Assembly: GCA_030633565.1 (NCBI GenBank)
Contig: DAOVSH010000001.1
Span: 1-57,285 of the forward strand
DNA length: 57,285 nt
From: Candidatus Cloacimonadota bacterium
Lineage (GTDB): Bacteria; Hydrothermota; E44-bin80
Direction: 5' to 3'
The notes below the pieces were generated by a model. The model was not told the origin of the DNA. It did no database searches and was given only the letters and a program-made list of their open reading frames with translations. Positions 8,894 through 18,113 of this stretch are shown one piece after another; position 1 is the first letter of the stretch; the number at the start of each line of letters is the position of its first letter. The position numbers and the translations under genes are program-made.

Positions 8894-10984
8894 TTAATTA
8901 TGAAATATTTTCTTAAATTTCCACTGAACACCAACTTCATAAATTTCTCCAGGGGAGAATTTAAGATTCCAGAAGGGGAGAAATGAAAGGCATTGGTTAG
9001 TTGTATCAAATCCCTTCTCTGATTGGGAAATAGTCTGTAGAGGAAAATAGAAAAGGTTGCAGTTTTTTGAAAGTAATAATTCAAAGTGTTGATTGAATTT
9101 TTCATCTATAGCAACTATTGCATCGACGTCTTCAATAAATAGCTTTTTTGATATATCAATAGATTTTTCTTTAATTTCCACCCTCCCATTACCTGATAAT
9201 AAAAATCCGAAGAAAAGATTAAACTCAATTCCAAATCGTATATTTATAGGTTGTCTCCCTGTATTTGTGATAATATAGTTGCATTTAATATTACCTTCAT
9301 TAAATGAATATAATTTAGTAAGATATATTGTTGATATTAAACTATTACTTTCATATATTCCACCATTTCTTGTTAGTACAATTGTATCATCAACTTGTTC
9401 AACTTGATATTCATTGTTAACAAAATCTCCCATTTCTTGAAAGTCACATTGTTCATAATCGTCAAGTGTTGCCTGTTTGCTGAAGAAATGGTCAATAAAA
9501 CTGTTTCTCTCGTACCAATCATAGAAGAGTTCAATTGGAGCGCTATAATTTTTTCCTATAGTGTGAATACTCGGTACACCTTCATGGTTATTATATATTG
9601 AAGATTCATCAATAATTGATGTTTTCGAGACATTATCTATAATCTTTTGATGATATGATTCAAATCTTCTCATAAGAGTGTTTTGATAATTATTACCTGA
9701 TTTAAAAAGAATATGTTGTATGAGTTGACCGCCTAATGATGGTTTCAATATAGATGAAAATAATTTTGAATGAATCCAGATTTCATCTTTACCATCATAG
9801 TCAAAATCGAGAATATCATTCTCTTTCTTTTCCATTCCATCACTAAGAATTTTGAGTGTTTTAGAAAGTTGTTTCCATGTTGCATGCCTGAGGTGGGGAA
9901 GATAAAGTCCGCCAAAAACACCGTGCCAGTATGCATCGTTGCACTGGGAAGATAGAAGCATTTTCTCTGCTTTTTTATTTTTTTGTTTTTTAACAAGGGA
10001 ACTCATGAGTAACATGAATTTGTGCATTCTATTTGATTCAGAATATTTTGTAAAGAAGTTTTTCCAGTGTCCACCCCTGATAAAGGGGGAATCTCCTGTT
10101 TTCTTCTTTAATGTTTCGATTTCAATTATTTTTCTTGCTGGTAGTGCCCATTCCTCCATCTCCATATACGATGCGTTAGAAAGATATACTATTCCTTTTG
10201 GTGGATAGTCTTTAATAATTTCTGAAAATGTTGAAAATTGGAGAATTTTATTATCATTAAGTTTTCCCATAGTTTGGATAAATTGATCAAGCCAGCCATC
10301 TTTATATACCCATTTATTAGTACCTGGCCATTCACCAAATTTTTCGCCATCGTCAATATAGATTACCATCTGGTGCCCTTCTTCATCAAGTTTTTTGATA
10401 TATTCCTCGATTTCTTTGGGTTGTCTGAAAGGTATAAGATACCGCAATTTTGTATCAATGGGGAAGATGGAAATTCTTTGCTCGTTAAATTCACTGATGT
10501 AGTAAGAATGGAGTTGAGAGTAATCGAAACCACTGACAGTAAAATGCCTGTCGTCAACAACAACATATTTGATTCCAGACCGCGCAATATCTTCCAAAAG
10601 ATCAGGTTCCCAGACCCTTTCTGTAAGCCATATACCAGATGGTTTAAATCCAAATTGATTCTTTATATACTGAGTGAGGAGAGAAATTTGTTTTCTTCTA
10701 TCCCTTTTTGGGATGGATGAAAGTACAGGTTCATAGTAACCACCGGAAAGTATCTCTGCCTGACCACTTTGAACACATTTTTTAATAAGTTCAAGATAGT
10801 AAGGATTATTTTTTTCAAACCATTCAATTAGCACACCACTTATGTGTATAACAAACTTAAAAAAGGGAAAATTTCTCACCTTTTCAAGAAACGGTATGTA
10901 ACATTTCTCTGTTGCTCTTTTTATAACCCAGTCGAGATTACCAAGAGGTTGATGATTATGGATACCAAATATAAATCTAATCAT
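8894..10984 (-). CDS. Glycoside hydrolase family 57 protein (alpha-amylase / 4-alpha-glucanotransferase type)
   Basis: 696 aa. N-terminal GIHNHQPLGN motif and the GH57 catalytic-region architecture (WLTERVWEP...). Confidence 0.7.
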   Translation of the reverse strand: MIRFIFGIHNHQPLGNLDWVIKRATEKCYIPFLEKVRNFPFFKFVIHISGVLIEWFEKNNPYYLELIKKCVQSGQAEILSGGYYEPVLSSIPKRDRRKQISLLTQYIKNQFGFKPSGIWLTERVWEPDLLEDIARSGIKYVVVDDRHFTVSGFDYSQLHSYYISEFNEQRISIFPIDTKLRYLIPFRQPKEIEEYIKKLDEEGHQMVIYIDDGEKFGEWPGTNKWVYKDGWLDQFIQTMGKLNDNKILQFSTFSEIIKDYPPKGIVYLSNASYMEMEEWALPARKIIEIETLKKKTGDSPFIRGGHWKNFFTKYSESNRMHKFMLLMSSLVKKQKNKKAEKMLLSSQCNDAYWHGVFGGLYLPHLRHATWKQLSKTLKILSDGMEKKENDILDFDYDGKDEIWIHSKLFSSILKPSLGGQLIQHILFKSGNNYQNTLMRRFESYHQKIIDNVSKTSIIDESSIYNNHEGVPSIHTIGKNYSAPIELFYDWYERNSFIDHFFSKQATLDDYEQCDFQEMGDFVNNEYQVEQVDDTIVLTRNGGIYESNSLISTIYLTKLYSFNEGNIKCNYIITNTGRQPINIRFGIEFNLFFGFLLSGNGRVEIKEKSIDISKKLFIEDVDAIVAIDEKFNQHFELLLSKNCNLFYFPLQTISQSEKGFDTTNQCLSFLPFWNLKFSPGEIYEVGVQWKFKKIFHN

Positions 10985-11054
10985 GTTTTTTTCTTAGCTT
11001 TATTGTTTGTTTCCTTTGTGCTTTCCTGTAACCTAACATAAGGTACGCTCACAT

Positions 11055-13442
11055 CTACGTGGACTTAAGCATGGATGAAAATTTAATTGTTTTATTGCTA
11101 ATGTGAAGTATTCTCAATAGGGATAGAAATAAATCATCTCCAACAATTTTTATTATATCGTTTCTTTTTCCTTGATTTTTTATTGATTTATAGAAATGAA
11201 TCTGAGCTTCTCGTGAATCAAATCCAATGCCGTTGCATTCAAGATTATTATATTTACTAATAATGGATTTTAAGTATTCTGCTTGCGGGTTTTTTATGAA
11301 ATTAATAATTAATTTAGTAAAATACTTAGATAATCTTTTGAGAATTTTCTTTTCATCAAGTTGAATATTTAATTTATGTGCTTCATTTTTTACAAAAACA
11401 ATTTCATTAATTGAATTCTCATCTTCATCAAGCATCAATGATACATCCCTAAGTTTTGAATTCAGACTATAGCGTGCTGCAATTAGAAATCCATCAGGAA
11501 GGTTTCCTCCAATTTTAGAAATGTATTCCATTACCCCCTTATTCTCCTCGTATACTGTATTATAGGCATCTTTGAACCTTTCAATGATATCCTCCGAAAG
11601 GAGTTTCAATATCTCCTCCTTTACATCAGGTAATAGTGCTTCGAGGGTAAAATATTCATCTCCAAAATTATGGTCGAGTAACCTTGTTACCTCTGTCAAA
11701 TTTGGTTCTGTAAACCTTTTTGAAATTTCCTCTTTAATATCTTCAAAGAAAGTGTCGTATTCTTTGATTGAAAAACGAAAATCAATACCAGCAATTCTAA
11801 GAGCAACCATAGCAAATTCCTTTTGCTCTTTTGTTATTAATGACTTAACGATAGAATGGGATGAAATCATGGACATATCACCCATGGATGATTCATTTTT
11901 ATCAAGTTCAGTTATAGTGAAGGAAAAAAGATCATTTCGAGGGTTATCTATTAACTGAAAAGCGCCATAATGGCAAATTGTCTTTTTATGATTGAGTATC
12001 AATGGTTTAACATATTTTTTGTAAATAACTGCACCATTTTCTTCTTCATTTTTATTACTTTTTGCAAATTCTAACATTCCAAGAAATTCATCTTCCAAAT
12101 TTCTATCAATAAAATCTTGTGCAAGTTCGATTGCTCTTCCTGCATACTTTAGAATTTGCACGCTTTCTAATCCTGATATATCAGAAAAGAACCAACCACA
12201 GCTTGTTAACATAAAAAGCCCATTCCTCTGCATTTCCATAAGTTTCAAGATCTTTACTGTATTGGTGTCATCTTTTATAATTGAATTATTGTCAATAAAA
12301 TCACTGATAGTCTTTTCTGACCTTTGTATTAAAATATCTACATAATCATCGCGCGCTTTCCAAACATCATGAATATATTTCCTTCCTTCGTTCTCAAATA
12401 TTTCATCAAGGATGCATTTTAACCAATCGGTCGCTTCCCGGAGTGGCTTCCTCCATTTCTGATTCCATTCTGGTTTTCCTCCAGTTGAACAGCCACAGTC
12501 ATTACGCCATCTGTCTATACCGTGAATACAACTCCAGGACGTATTCTCAACAATCTCAGCCTCATATTCTGGTTCTTTCATAGAAAGATACTCATTAAGA
12601 GTAATAATTTCTATATCCGTACGTGCTACAATTGAATTAAGAACATACGCAAGTGCCATCTCTCCAAATCTGTGATGATGCCCGTATATTTCACCATCTG
12701 TTGAAATTACAAGGACGTTGTTTTTGGTTTTGTTGAATATATTATCTATGTCTTTATAGAAACTATCACCGCTGTGAAGCAAACCTTCAAAGGATATTTT
12801 GTGAGAAATAGAATTATCGTATGAGACAATTTTTATTGATTTTCCATTATTTAATCGAACAAGATAAATTTCTGAAGTTTTCTCTATATCCTTTTTTGTA
12901 TATTCCCCTTTTATCTTTCTTATTATTCTGATCTGGTGAGGAGCTAAGATTGTAAATTCTATGCCGCATTCGGCGAGAACCTCGAGTGTCTCGCTTGAAA
13001 CAGCAGTTTCTGGAAGCCACATCCCTTTTGGTTTTTTCCCGAATCTGTATTTAAAATCTTTTATACCCCAGAGTACCTCTGTTCTCATATCTCTTCTTGT
13101 TGAAAGAGGCATTATGATATGGTTATATACCTGTGAGATTGCATTTTCCTTTTCAGAATTCAATATCCTTGAATACGTTTCTGTTTCATTCTTCTCCATC
13201 CATGAAAGGAGAGTTGGGCCAAAGTTGAAATTAATCTTTTGAAAATTGTTAACTACATCAAGTAGATTCTTTTCTTCGTCAAGCACAATAGCATCAAGAT
13301 TTGGACTGTAACATTCTTCTACTATTCTTTTGTTCCAGTTATGATAGGGAAAAGCAGATTGCTCTTTTCCTACTTCTTCTGTCCATGGGTTCTCTCGAGG
13401 TGGTTGGTAAAAATGTCCGTGGATAATAAGGTATTTCTTCAT
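11055..13442 (-). CDS. Glycoside hydrolase family 57 protein, long DUF3536-type
   Basis: The hallmark IHGHFYQPPRENPW motif follows MKKYL. The likely true start is the ATG at 13442 (MKKYLIIHGH...); the ORF track extends it to 13481. About 795 aa. Confidence 0.7.
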   Translation of the reverse strand: MKKYLIIHGHFYQPPRENPWTEEVGKEQSAFPYHNWNKRIVEECYSPNLDAIVLDEEKNLLDVVNNFQKINFNFGPTLLSWMEKNETETYSRILNSEKENAISQVYNHIIMPLSTRRDMRTEVLWGIKDFKYRFGKKPKGMWLPETAVSSETLEVLAECGIEFTILAPHQIRIIRKIKGEYTKKDIEKTSEIYLVRLNNGKSIKIVSYDNSISHKISFEGLLHSGDSFYKDIDNIFNKTKNNVLVISTDGEIYGHHHRFGEMALAYVLNSIVARTDIEIITLNEYLSMKEPEYEAEIVENTSWSCIHGIDRWRNDCGCSTGGKPEWNQKWRKPLREATDWLKCILDEIFENEGRKYIHDVWKARDDYVDILIQRSEKTISDFIDNNSIIKDDTNTVKILKLMEMQRNGLFMLTSCGWFFSDISGLESVQILKYAGRAIELAQDFIDRNLEDEFLGMLEFAKSNKNEEENGAVIYKKYVKPLILNHKKTICHYGAFQLIDNPRNDLFSFTITELDKNESSMGDMSMISSHSIVKSLITKEQKEFAMVALRIAGIDFRFSIKEYDTFFEDIKEEISKRFTEPNLTEVTRLLDHNFGDEYFTLEALLPDVKEEILKLLSEDIIERFKDAYNTVYEENKGVMEYISKIGGNLPDGFLIAARYSLNSKLRDVSLMLDEDENSINEIVFVKNEAHKLNIQLDEKKILKRLSKYFTKLIINFIKNPQAEYLKSIISKYNNLECNGIGFDSREAQIHFYKSIKNQGKRNDIIKIVGDDLFLSLLRILHISNKTIKFSSMLKST

Positions 13443-13599
13443 AACACAATTTACAATAGACAAATTCCAAACAATATACAATTACAAAATCGCAATAAAG
13501 ATTCTTTGGTTTTTGGTAATTGTCTTTTTTGAGGTATTATTTGTGATTTGTTCATTGTGGTTTGGTAATTGTCTTTAAATTTCTATCGTTTTTTTTCTG

Positions 13600-14562
13600 T
13601 TATTTTCTTTTTTTCACCGCTTGCAAGGCTAAGTATGCAGCACCTGTTGCACCTGCCCTGTTTCCCAACGCACCTTTCTGTATTGTAAAATCCTTTGAAA
13701 AAGGATAAAAAAGGTTTTTATTCACTTCTTCCTCTACAAATGGAATAAAGAGATCAAATGCATTACTGATTCCTCCGCTTAAAATAAAGTTTTTTATTCC
13801 AAGTAGGTTTATTACATTTGATATTGCAACACCAAGGTATCTTGACATTTCACGATAGATGTTGATGGCAACTTCGTCTCCTTTTTTTGCCACTTTGTAT
13901 ACAGTTTCTGGTGAAGCAGCTTCCAAAGGAATATATTTTCTTAACAGGGTTTTCTTTTTTTGTTTCAGAACCTTTTTTACCAGTCTTTTGATTGCCTGGC
14001 TCGAAAAATACATCTCAAGACACCCCTTTGCACCACAACCACATTTAATTCCACCTGGAACAATTGAAGTATGACCAATCTCAGAAGCACTCCCATATTC
14101 TCCAATCCAAAGTTTTTTGTTTATTATAAGTCCACTGCCTAATCCCGTTCCAAGTGTTAATAACATAAAATTACTTAGTTTCTTTCCTTTTCCTTTCCAT
14201 AGTTCACCGAGTGCAGCGCCATTTGCGTCATTCTCAAGAACAACTTTCTTCTTTATCGTATCTTCTACAGACTTCTTTATGTAAAAATTATCCCAACCAT
14301 TCAGATTAGGAGAATGGATAACATACTCCCTTTTTTTATCAAGAATTCCTGGAATAACAACACCTACAACAGGGTGAATTGATGTTCTATTCTCTTCAAA
14401 TTGTTTTACAATCTTAGTTATTCTTTTAAGAAATGCATCCCTCCCTTTCTCAATCATGGATGAAATTTTTTTCCATTCAATAATATATCCATTACTATTA
14501 AATAATCCTGCTTTAATATATGTACCGCCTATGTCAATACCTATAATAAGACTATTTTTCAT
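13600..14562 (-). CDS. glcK: ROK-family glucokinase
   Basis: 320 aa. N-terminal GIDIGGTYIKAGL ATP-binding motif, ROK signature, and zinc motif CGCGAKGCLE. Confidence 0.8.
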   Translation of the reverse strand: MKNSLIIGIDIGGTYIKAGLFNSNGYIIEWKKISSMIEKGRDAFLKRITKIVKQFEENRTSIHPVVGVVIPGILDKKREYVIHSPNLNGWDNFYIKKSVEDTIKKKVVLENDANGAALGELWKGKGKKLSNFMLLTLGTGLGSGLIINKKLWIGEYGSASEIGHTSIVPGGIKCGCGAKGCLEMYFSSQAIKRLVKKVLKQKKKTLLRKYIPLEAASPETVYKVAKKGDEVAINIYREMSRYLGVAISNVINLLGIKNFILSGGISNAFDLFIPFVEEEVNKNLFYPFSKDFTIQKGALGNRAGATGAAYLALQAVKKRK

Positions 14563-14591
14563 CTTCGTTTGAATCGTTTAGATCGTTCAAA

Positions 14592-15131
14592 TCATTGTGG
14601 GTTGATATTGAATAGTCCGTTTGCTTTATAAATTTCCCATTGTATGTTTGAGAATGGTTTACAGTGTAGTATTTCTCCAGTTCCTAAAATGTGTATTTCA
14701 CCTTTCATAAGGTCTATTTCTATTTCATCATCGGTATTTAATTTTTGAGTAATATCATTGCATTCAATGAGGGGAAAACCTGAATTTATTGCATTTCTTT
14801 TATATATAGCACCGAATGATTCTCCCATTATTGCTTGAATGCCAAGTGAACTGAAGCAATCGACTGCCTGTTGTCTTGAGGAACCGGCTCCAAAGTTTTT
14901 CCCAACGATGAGGATGTTGCCCTCCTGTGCCTTGTTAGGAAAATCAGTCCACCCAGCAAGATTACTAAAGGCGTAATCCTTCATTTTCTCTTTATCAGTG
15001 ATTGTAAGGTATTTGTTATGGAAAATCTGGTCAGTATCGATACTATCGATAGCATTCCCATTCTCATCCTTAACAACCCAGATCTTTCCTTTTATAATAC
15101 TTTTCCTTTCCATAGCAATCAGAATATACAA
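14592..15131 (-). CDS. Aconitase-family small subunit, LeuD-like (3-isopropylmalate / homoaconitate dehydratase small subunit type)
   Basis: 179 aa with GKNFGAGSSRQQA (LeuD GxNFGCGSSRE-like) and the swivel-domain pattern. No large subunit is adjacent. The true start may be the internal MERKS (15113). Confidence 0.55.
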   Translation of the reverse strand: MYILIAMERKSIIKGKIWVVKDENGNAIDSIDTDQIFHNKYLTITDKEKMKDYAFSNLAGWTDFPNKAQEGNILIVGKNFGAGSSRQQAVDCFSSLGIQAIMGESFGAIYKRNAINSGFPLIECNDITQKLNTDDEIEIDLMKGEIHILGTGEILHCKPFSNIQWEIYKANGLFNINPQ

Positions 15132-15149
15132 AACATCAAGTGAAAAGTC

Positions 15150-15460
15150 AAGATAAATCAGAGGATAGAAGGCAGAGGACAGAAGTCAGAAGGCAGAGGT
15201 CATAATGATTGTGAAACGGGGAAACGGAGTGTCGGAGAAACGGTGCATAAGCGAGTGAGATAAATTGTCTCATTAGTTAGATTAGTTGAATTGGTTTGAT
15301 TGGTTATGGGAACATAGCGTAATTAAGTAATTTGGTTATTGAGTAATTAACAGATAAGATTGCTTTATAAGAGAATATGAAAGTGTATTCGCAATGACAA
15401 ACTAACGGACTAAACGATAATAACGATCAAAACGCTCTAAACGAACTAAACGAAGTTAGT
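15150..15460 (+). repeat. Copy A of a modular intergenic repeat family (purine-rich AGRCAG tract plus modules shared with 22273-22384, 25724-26169, 29590-29960, 38890-39415)
   Basis: Shares long near-identical stretches with the other copies, e.g. tggttatgggaacatagcgtaattaagtaatttggttattgagtaattaacagataagattgctt...gtattcgcaatgacaaactaac...cgatcaaaacgctctaaacgaactaaacg. Confidence 0.8.
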
Positions 15461-15596
15461 TGCTGAAGTTTATAAATATGGTATTACTTCGCATCAGAAA
15501 ATCAGAATATCAGAGTGGAAAGTAAACAGTAAATAGTGATTAGTAAATAGAAAAATAAAATAAACTTTGCGGTCTTTGCGGTAATAATATTGTGTT

Positions 15597-16874
15597 TTAC
15601 TTCCAGAAGAACCAGATAAAGAAGGTTGCAACTAAGGTTGATACAATAGTGAAAGGAAGCCCTAATTTAACAAAGTCGAAAAAGGTTACTTTGTGATTTC
15701 GTTTTTTTAACATTCCAACAGCAACTACATTTGCCGCAGCTCCAAATGGTGTAATATTCCCTCCAATGGATGCTCCAATAACGATACCAAAACAGAGAAG
15801 AAAGGGTTCAAATCCAAGATTCTTTGAGAGAATAATTCCAACCGGAAGCATTGCCGTTACATATGGAACATTATCAATAAAGGCAGAAAGAAAAACAGAT
15901 ACCCATACGAGAACAAGAAAAGTGAGGAATTTGTTTGATTTAGTAATTGCAGAAATAAGGTAAGCAATTTTATCAATAATTCCCCTTTCACTCAGCATCC
16001 CAACAAGAATAAATATTGCAAAAAGAAAGAAAAGTGTTTCCCAGTCAAACCTTAACAGTAAACCAAATCGTTTATCCCTTCCTTTATGAAAGATTTCGTA
16101 CCAGGTAATGGCAAGAAAACCGAAAAAAACAGATACAATCCCCCCAAATTTATTAAAATCCAATCCAAAAACAGAGATACTGATAAGACCAAGTGTCATC
16201 AATACAAGAAAGATGGTAGGTATCCAGGTTTTTACCTCCTGTTTCTCTACTTTACCGGTTTTCTGAGTAAATTTTCTAAATGCAAGGAAGAGAATGAACA
16301 AGGATGCAATAGCCCCGAGTTCTATCGCAAAGAAAAGAGTTGGTTTTCCATTAATAAAAAAGAAACTGTTAAAGTTCATATTTAAAAATCCTGCAAGAAT
16401 CATGCTTGGTGGATCGCCAATAAGGGTTGCTGCACCCTGAAGGTTCGAACTTATAGCAATTGCAATCAGAAAGGGGATGGGGGAGACCTTCAGTTTCTTT
16501 GATATTTCAAATGCTATTGGTGCAACAATCATTACTGTTGCGACATTTTCGCAAAAAGAAGATATAAATCCGGAAAATGCAGAGACAGCGAGTATAGCAA
16601 GCCCAACAGTTTTTGTTTTTGATACAAGTTTATTAGCGATTAATGCAGGAACGTTTGATATAATAAAGATTTCTGCAACAATCGCAGTCCCCCAGAAGAT
16701 ACCAATTACATTCCAGTTTATAGCGTTTACTGCACTTTTAAATGTGATTAATCTGAAAATGAAAAGGAGAAGAACACCTGCCCAGAGAATTATAGTTTTT
16801 TTGTTATGATAAAAGGAAATGAAAATAAAGGAGAGGATAAAGATTGCAAGACCGAGTAGATCTTTGCTTACCAC
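15597..16874 (-). CDS. ArsB/NhaD-superfamily ion permease (putative anion transporter)
   Basis: 425 aa, about 12 predicted TM helices, with the duplicated-half architecture typical of ArsB/NhaD/SLC13-like permeases. Last gene of a three-gene operon. Confidence 0.5.
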   Translation of the reverse strand: MVSKDLLGLAIFILSFIFISFYHNKKTIILWAGVLLLFIFRLITFKSAVNAINWNVIGIFWGTAIVAEIFIISNVPALIANKLVSKTKTVGLAILAVSAFSGFISSFCENVATVMIVAPIAFEISKKLKVSPIPFLIAIAISSNLQGAATLIGDPPSMILAGFLNMNFNSFFFINGKPTLFFAIELGAIASLFILFLAFRKFTQKTGKVEKQEVKTWIPTIFLVLMTLGLISISVFGLDFNKFGGIVSVFFGFLAITWYEIFHKGRDKRFGLLLRFDWETLFFLFAIFILVGMLSERGIIDKIAYLISAITKSNKFLTFLVLVWVSVFLSAFIDNVPYVTAMLPVGIILSKNLGFEPFLLCFGIVIGASIGGNITPFGAAANVVAVGMLKKRNHKVTFFDFVKLGLPFTIVSTLVATFFIWFFWK

Positions 16875-16876
16875 AT

Positions 16877-17536
16877 CTATTCGCCCTCCTCCTTTTTTCC
16901 GTAATTTATTAATTCCCAGGTTTCGTTATCATATGTTGACTTTATTAGACCAATGTCAGGTGCATACCATTCCCAATATGTTTTTTCACTAATTGAATCG
17001 CCTATTACAGTTGAAATAATTTTCTCGAAAACATGAAATTTTATCCTGTAACAATTTTTAAATTTTCCAGCTTCAATCTCGATAGTTTCAAAACATTCTA
17101 TATATCCTTGAAGATTGTCAGTTCTGTAGAGAGGCTCATTAAAAAACAAAAGAGTATCAGTCCATTCATCAATCCATGAATTTCCTTTAACAAGGGGAAT
17201 TTCGATGTAATTTTGCCATCTATGCTCGACCTGATAAAGGTTCCCGTTGAAATTTATCTCAATATCCCTGTATCTTGAGAGGAAACCTTCTCCTTTATAC
17301 CAGTATGTTTCAATATAATTCTCTTCAAGAATGATTACTTCCCTGAAGTCCTTTTCCAGATTTGTAGTGTTTTCCTTCACTTCAACATATTTCTCATTTC
17401 CTTCTTGATTCTTGTATATCCAGAAATTTCCAATTTGGTCAATTGTAATGTAATCATATTTTATTCTTGCTGTGTATGGATTTTCGTATGAACAGAACTG
17501 AAATAAGAAAATAAGAAGAAAGAGTAATTTTTTCAT
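16877..17536 (-). CDS. Hypothetical secreted/lipoprotein
   Basis: 219 aa. Signal peptide MKKLLFLLIFLFQFC with Cys, then an aromatic-rich soluble domain. Its start overlaps the upstream gene as ATGA. Confidence 0.4.
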   Translation of the reverse strand: MKKLLFLLIFLFQFCSYENPYTARIKYDYITIDQIGNFWIYKNQEGNEKYVEVKENTTNLEKDFREVIILEENYIETYWYKGEGFLSRYRDIEINFNGNLYQVEHRWQNYIEIPLVKGNSWIDEWTDTLLFFNEPLYRTDNLQGYIECFETIEIEAGKFKNCYRIKFHVFEKIISTVIGDSISEKTYWEWYAPDIGLIKSTYDNETWELINYGKKEEGE

Positions 17537-18072
17537 TTTTTAAATTCTATCCCCAGTCCAAAGATTAATAGATCAATTCTACCCATGAAGTGCTTTTCTC
17601 CCAGGAAGGTTGAGAAAGACCAATTTTCACTGAGCTTGAACTTGCCACCAATGAGCATCAAAATATTAAAATCCCCACCAGTTTCTCTGGAGTTATGAAG
17701 GTTTTTTTCCATAAAAGAATATCCAAGTGTGCTGTTTATGAAAATATTATAATTATTTTTGAAGAAAAGCGGGTAGAATTTTATAAATGCTCCAGGAGAA
17801 AGAATTTGTAGAGTATAACTTTCATTAAGCTTTCCTGAAAACGTCGAAACACTAAAAGATATGCCAGAGTTAAGGTAATTTTTATTAATTAAATTAGTTT
17901 CAAGCGTAAAAAAGGGAGAAGAATTGTGATAAGTTGACCAGTTTCCAATTGGAATAGAGAATCCTGTATTTCCTGTAATGTTCAATGCGGAAAGTGACGC
18001 AATGAAAAGGAATAGTATTAATAAAGATAATAGTATATGTTTCACCACAATATTAGTATGTATTTTAGACAA
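17533..18072 (-). CDS. Hypothetical outer-membrane beta-barrel-like protein
   Basis: 179 aa. Signal peptide, an alternating aromatic/polar beta-strand pattern, and a C-terminal GLGIEFKK ending with an aromatic residue. Confidence 0.35.
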   Translation of the reverse strand: MSKIHTNIVVKHILLSLLILFLFIASLSALNITGNTGFSIPIGNWSTYHNSSPFFTLETNLINKNYLNSGISFSVSTFSGKLNESYTLQILSPGAFIKFYPLFFKNNYNIFINSTLGYSFMEKNLHNSRETGGDFNILMLIGGKFKLSENWSFSTFLGEKHFMGRIDLLIFGLGIEFKK

Positions 18073-18113
18073 AATTATCGTTCCAATTCAATAAATCCAA
18101 TAAATCAAACTAA

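Noticed and set aside
8869-9105. 78-aa minus-strand ORF overlapping the GH57 gene start and the peptidase gene end
   Set aside because: In an alternate frame of a well-supported GH57 N-terminus. No RBS or motif.
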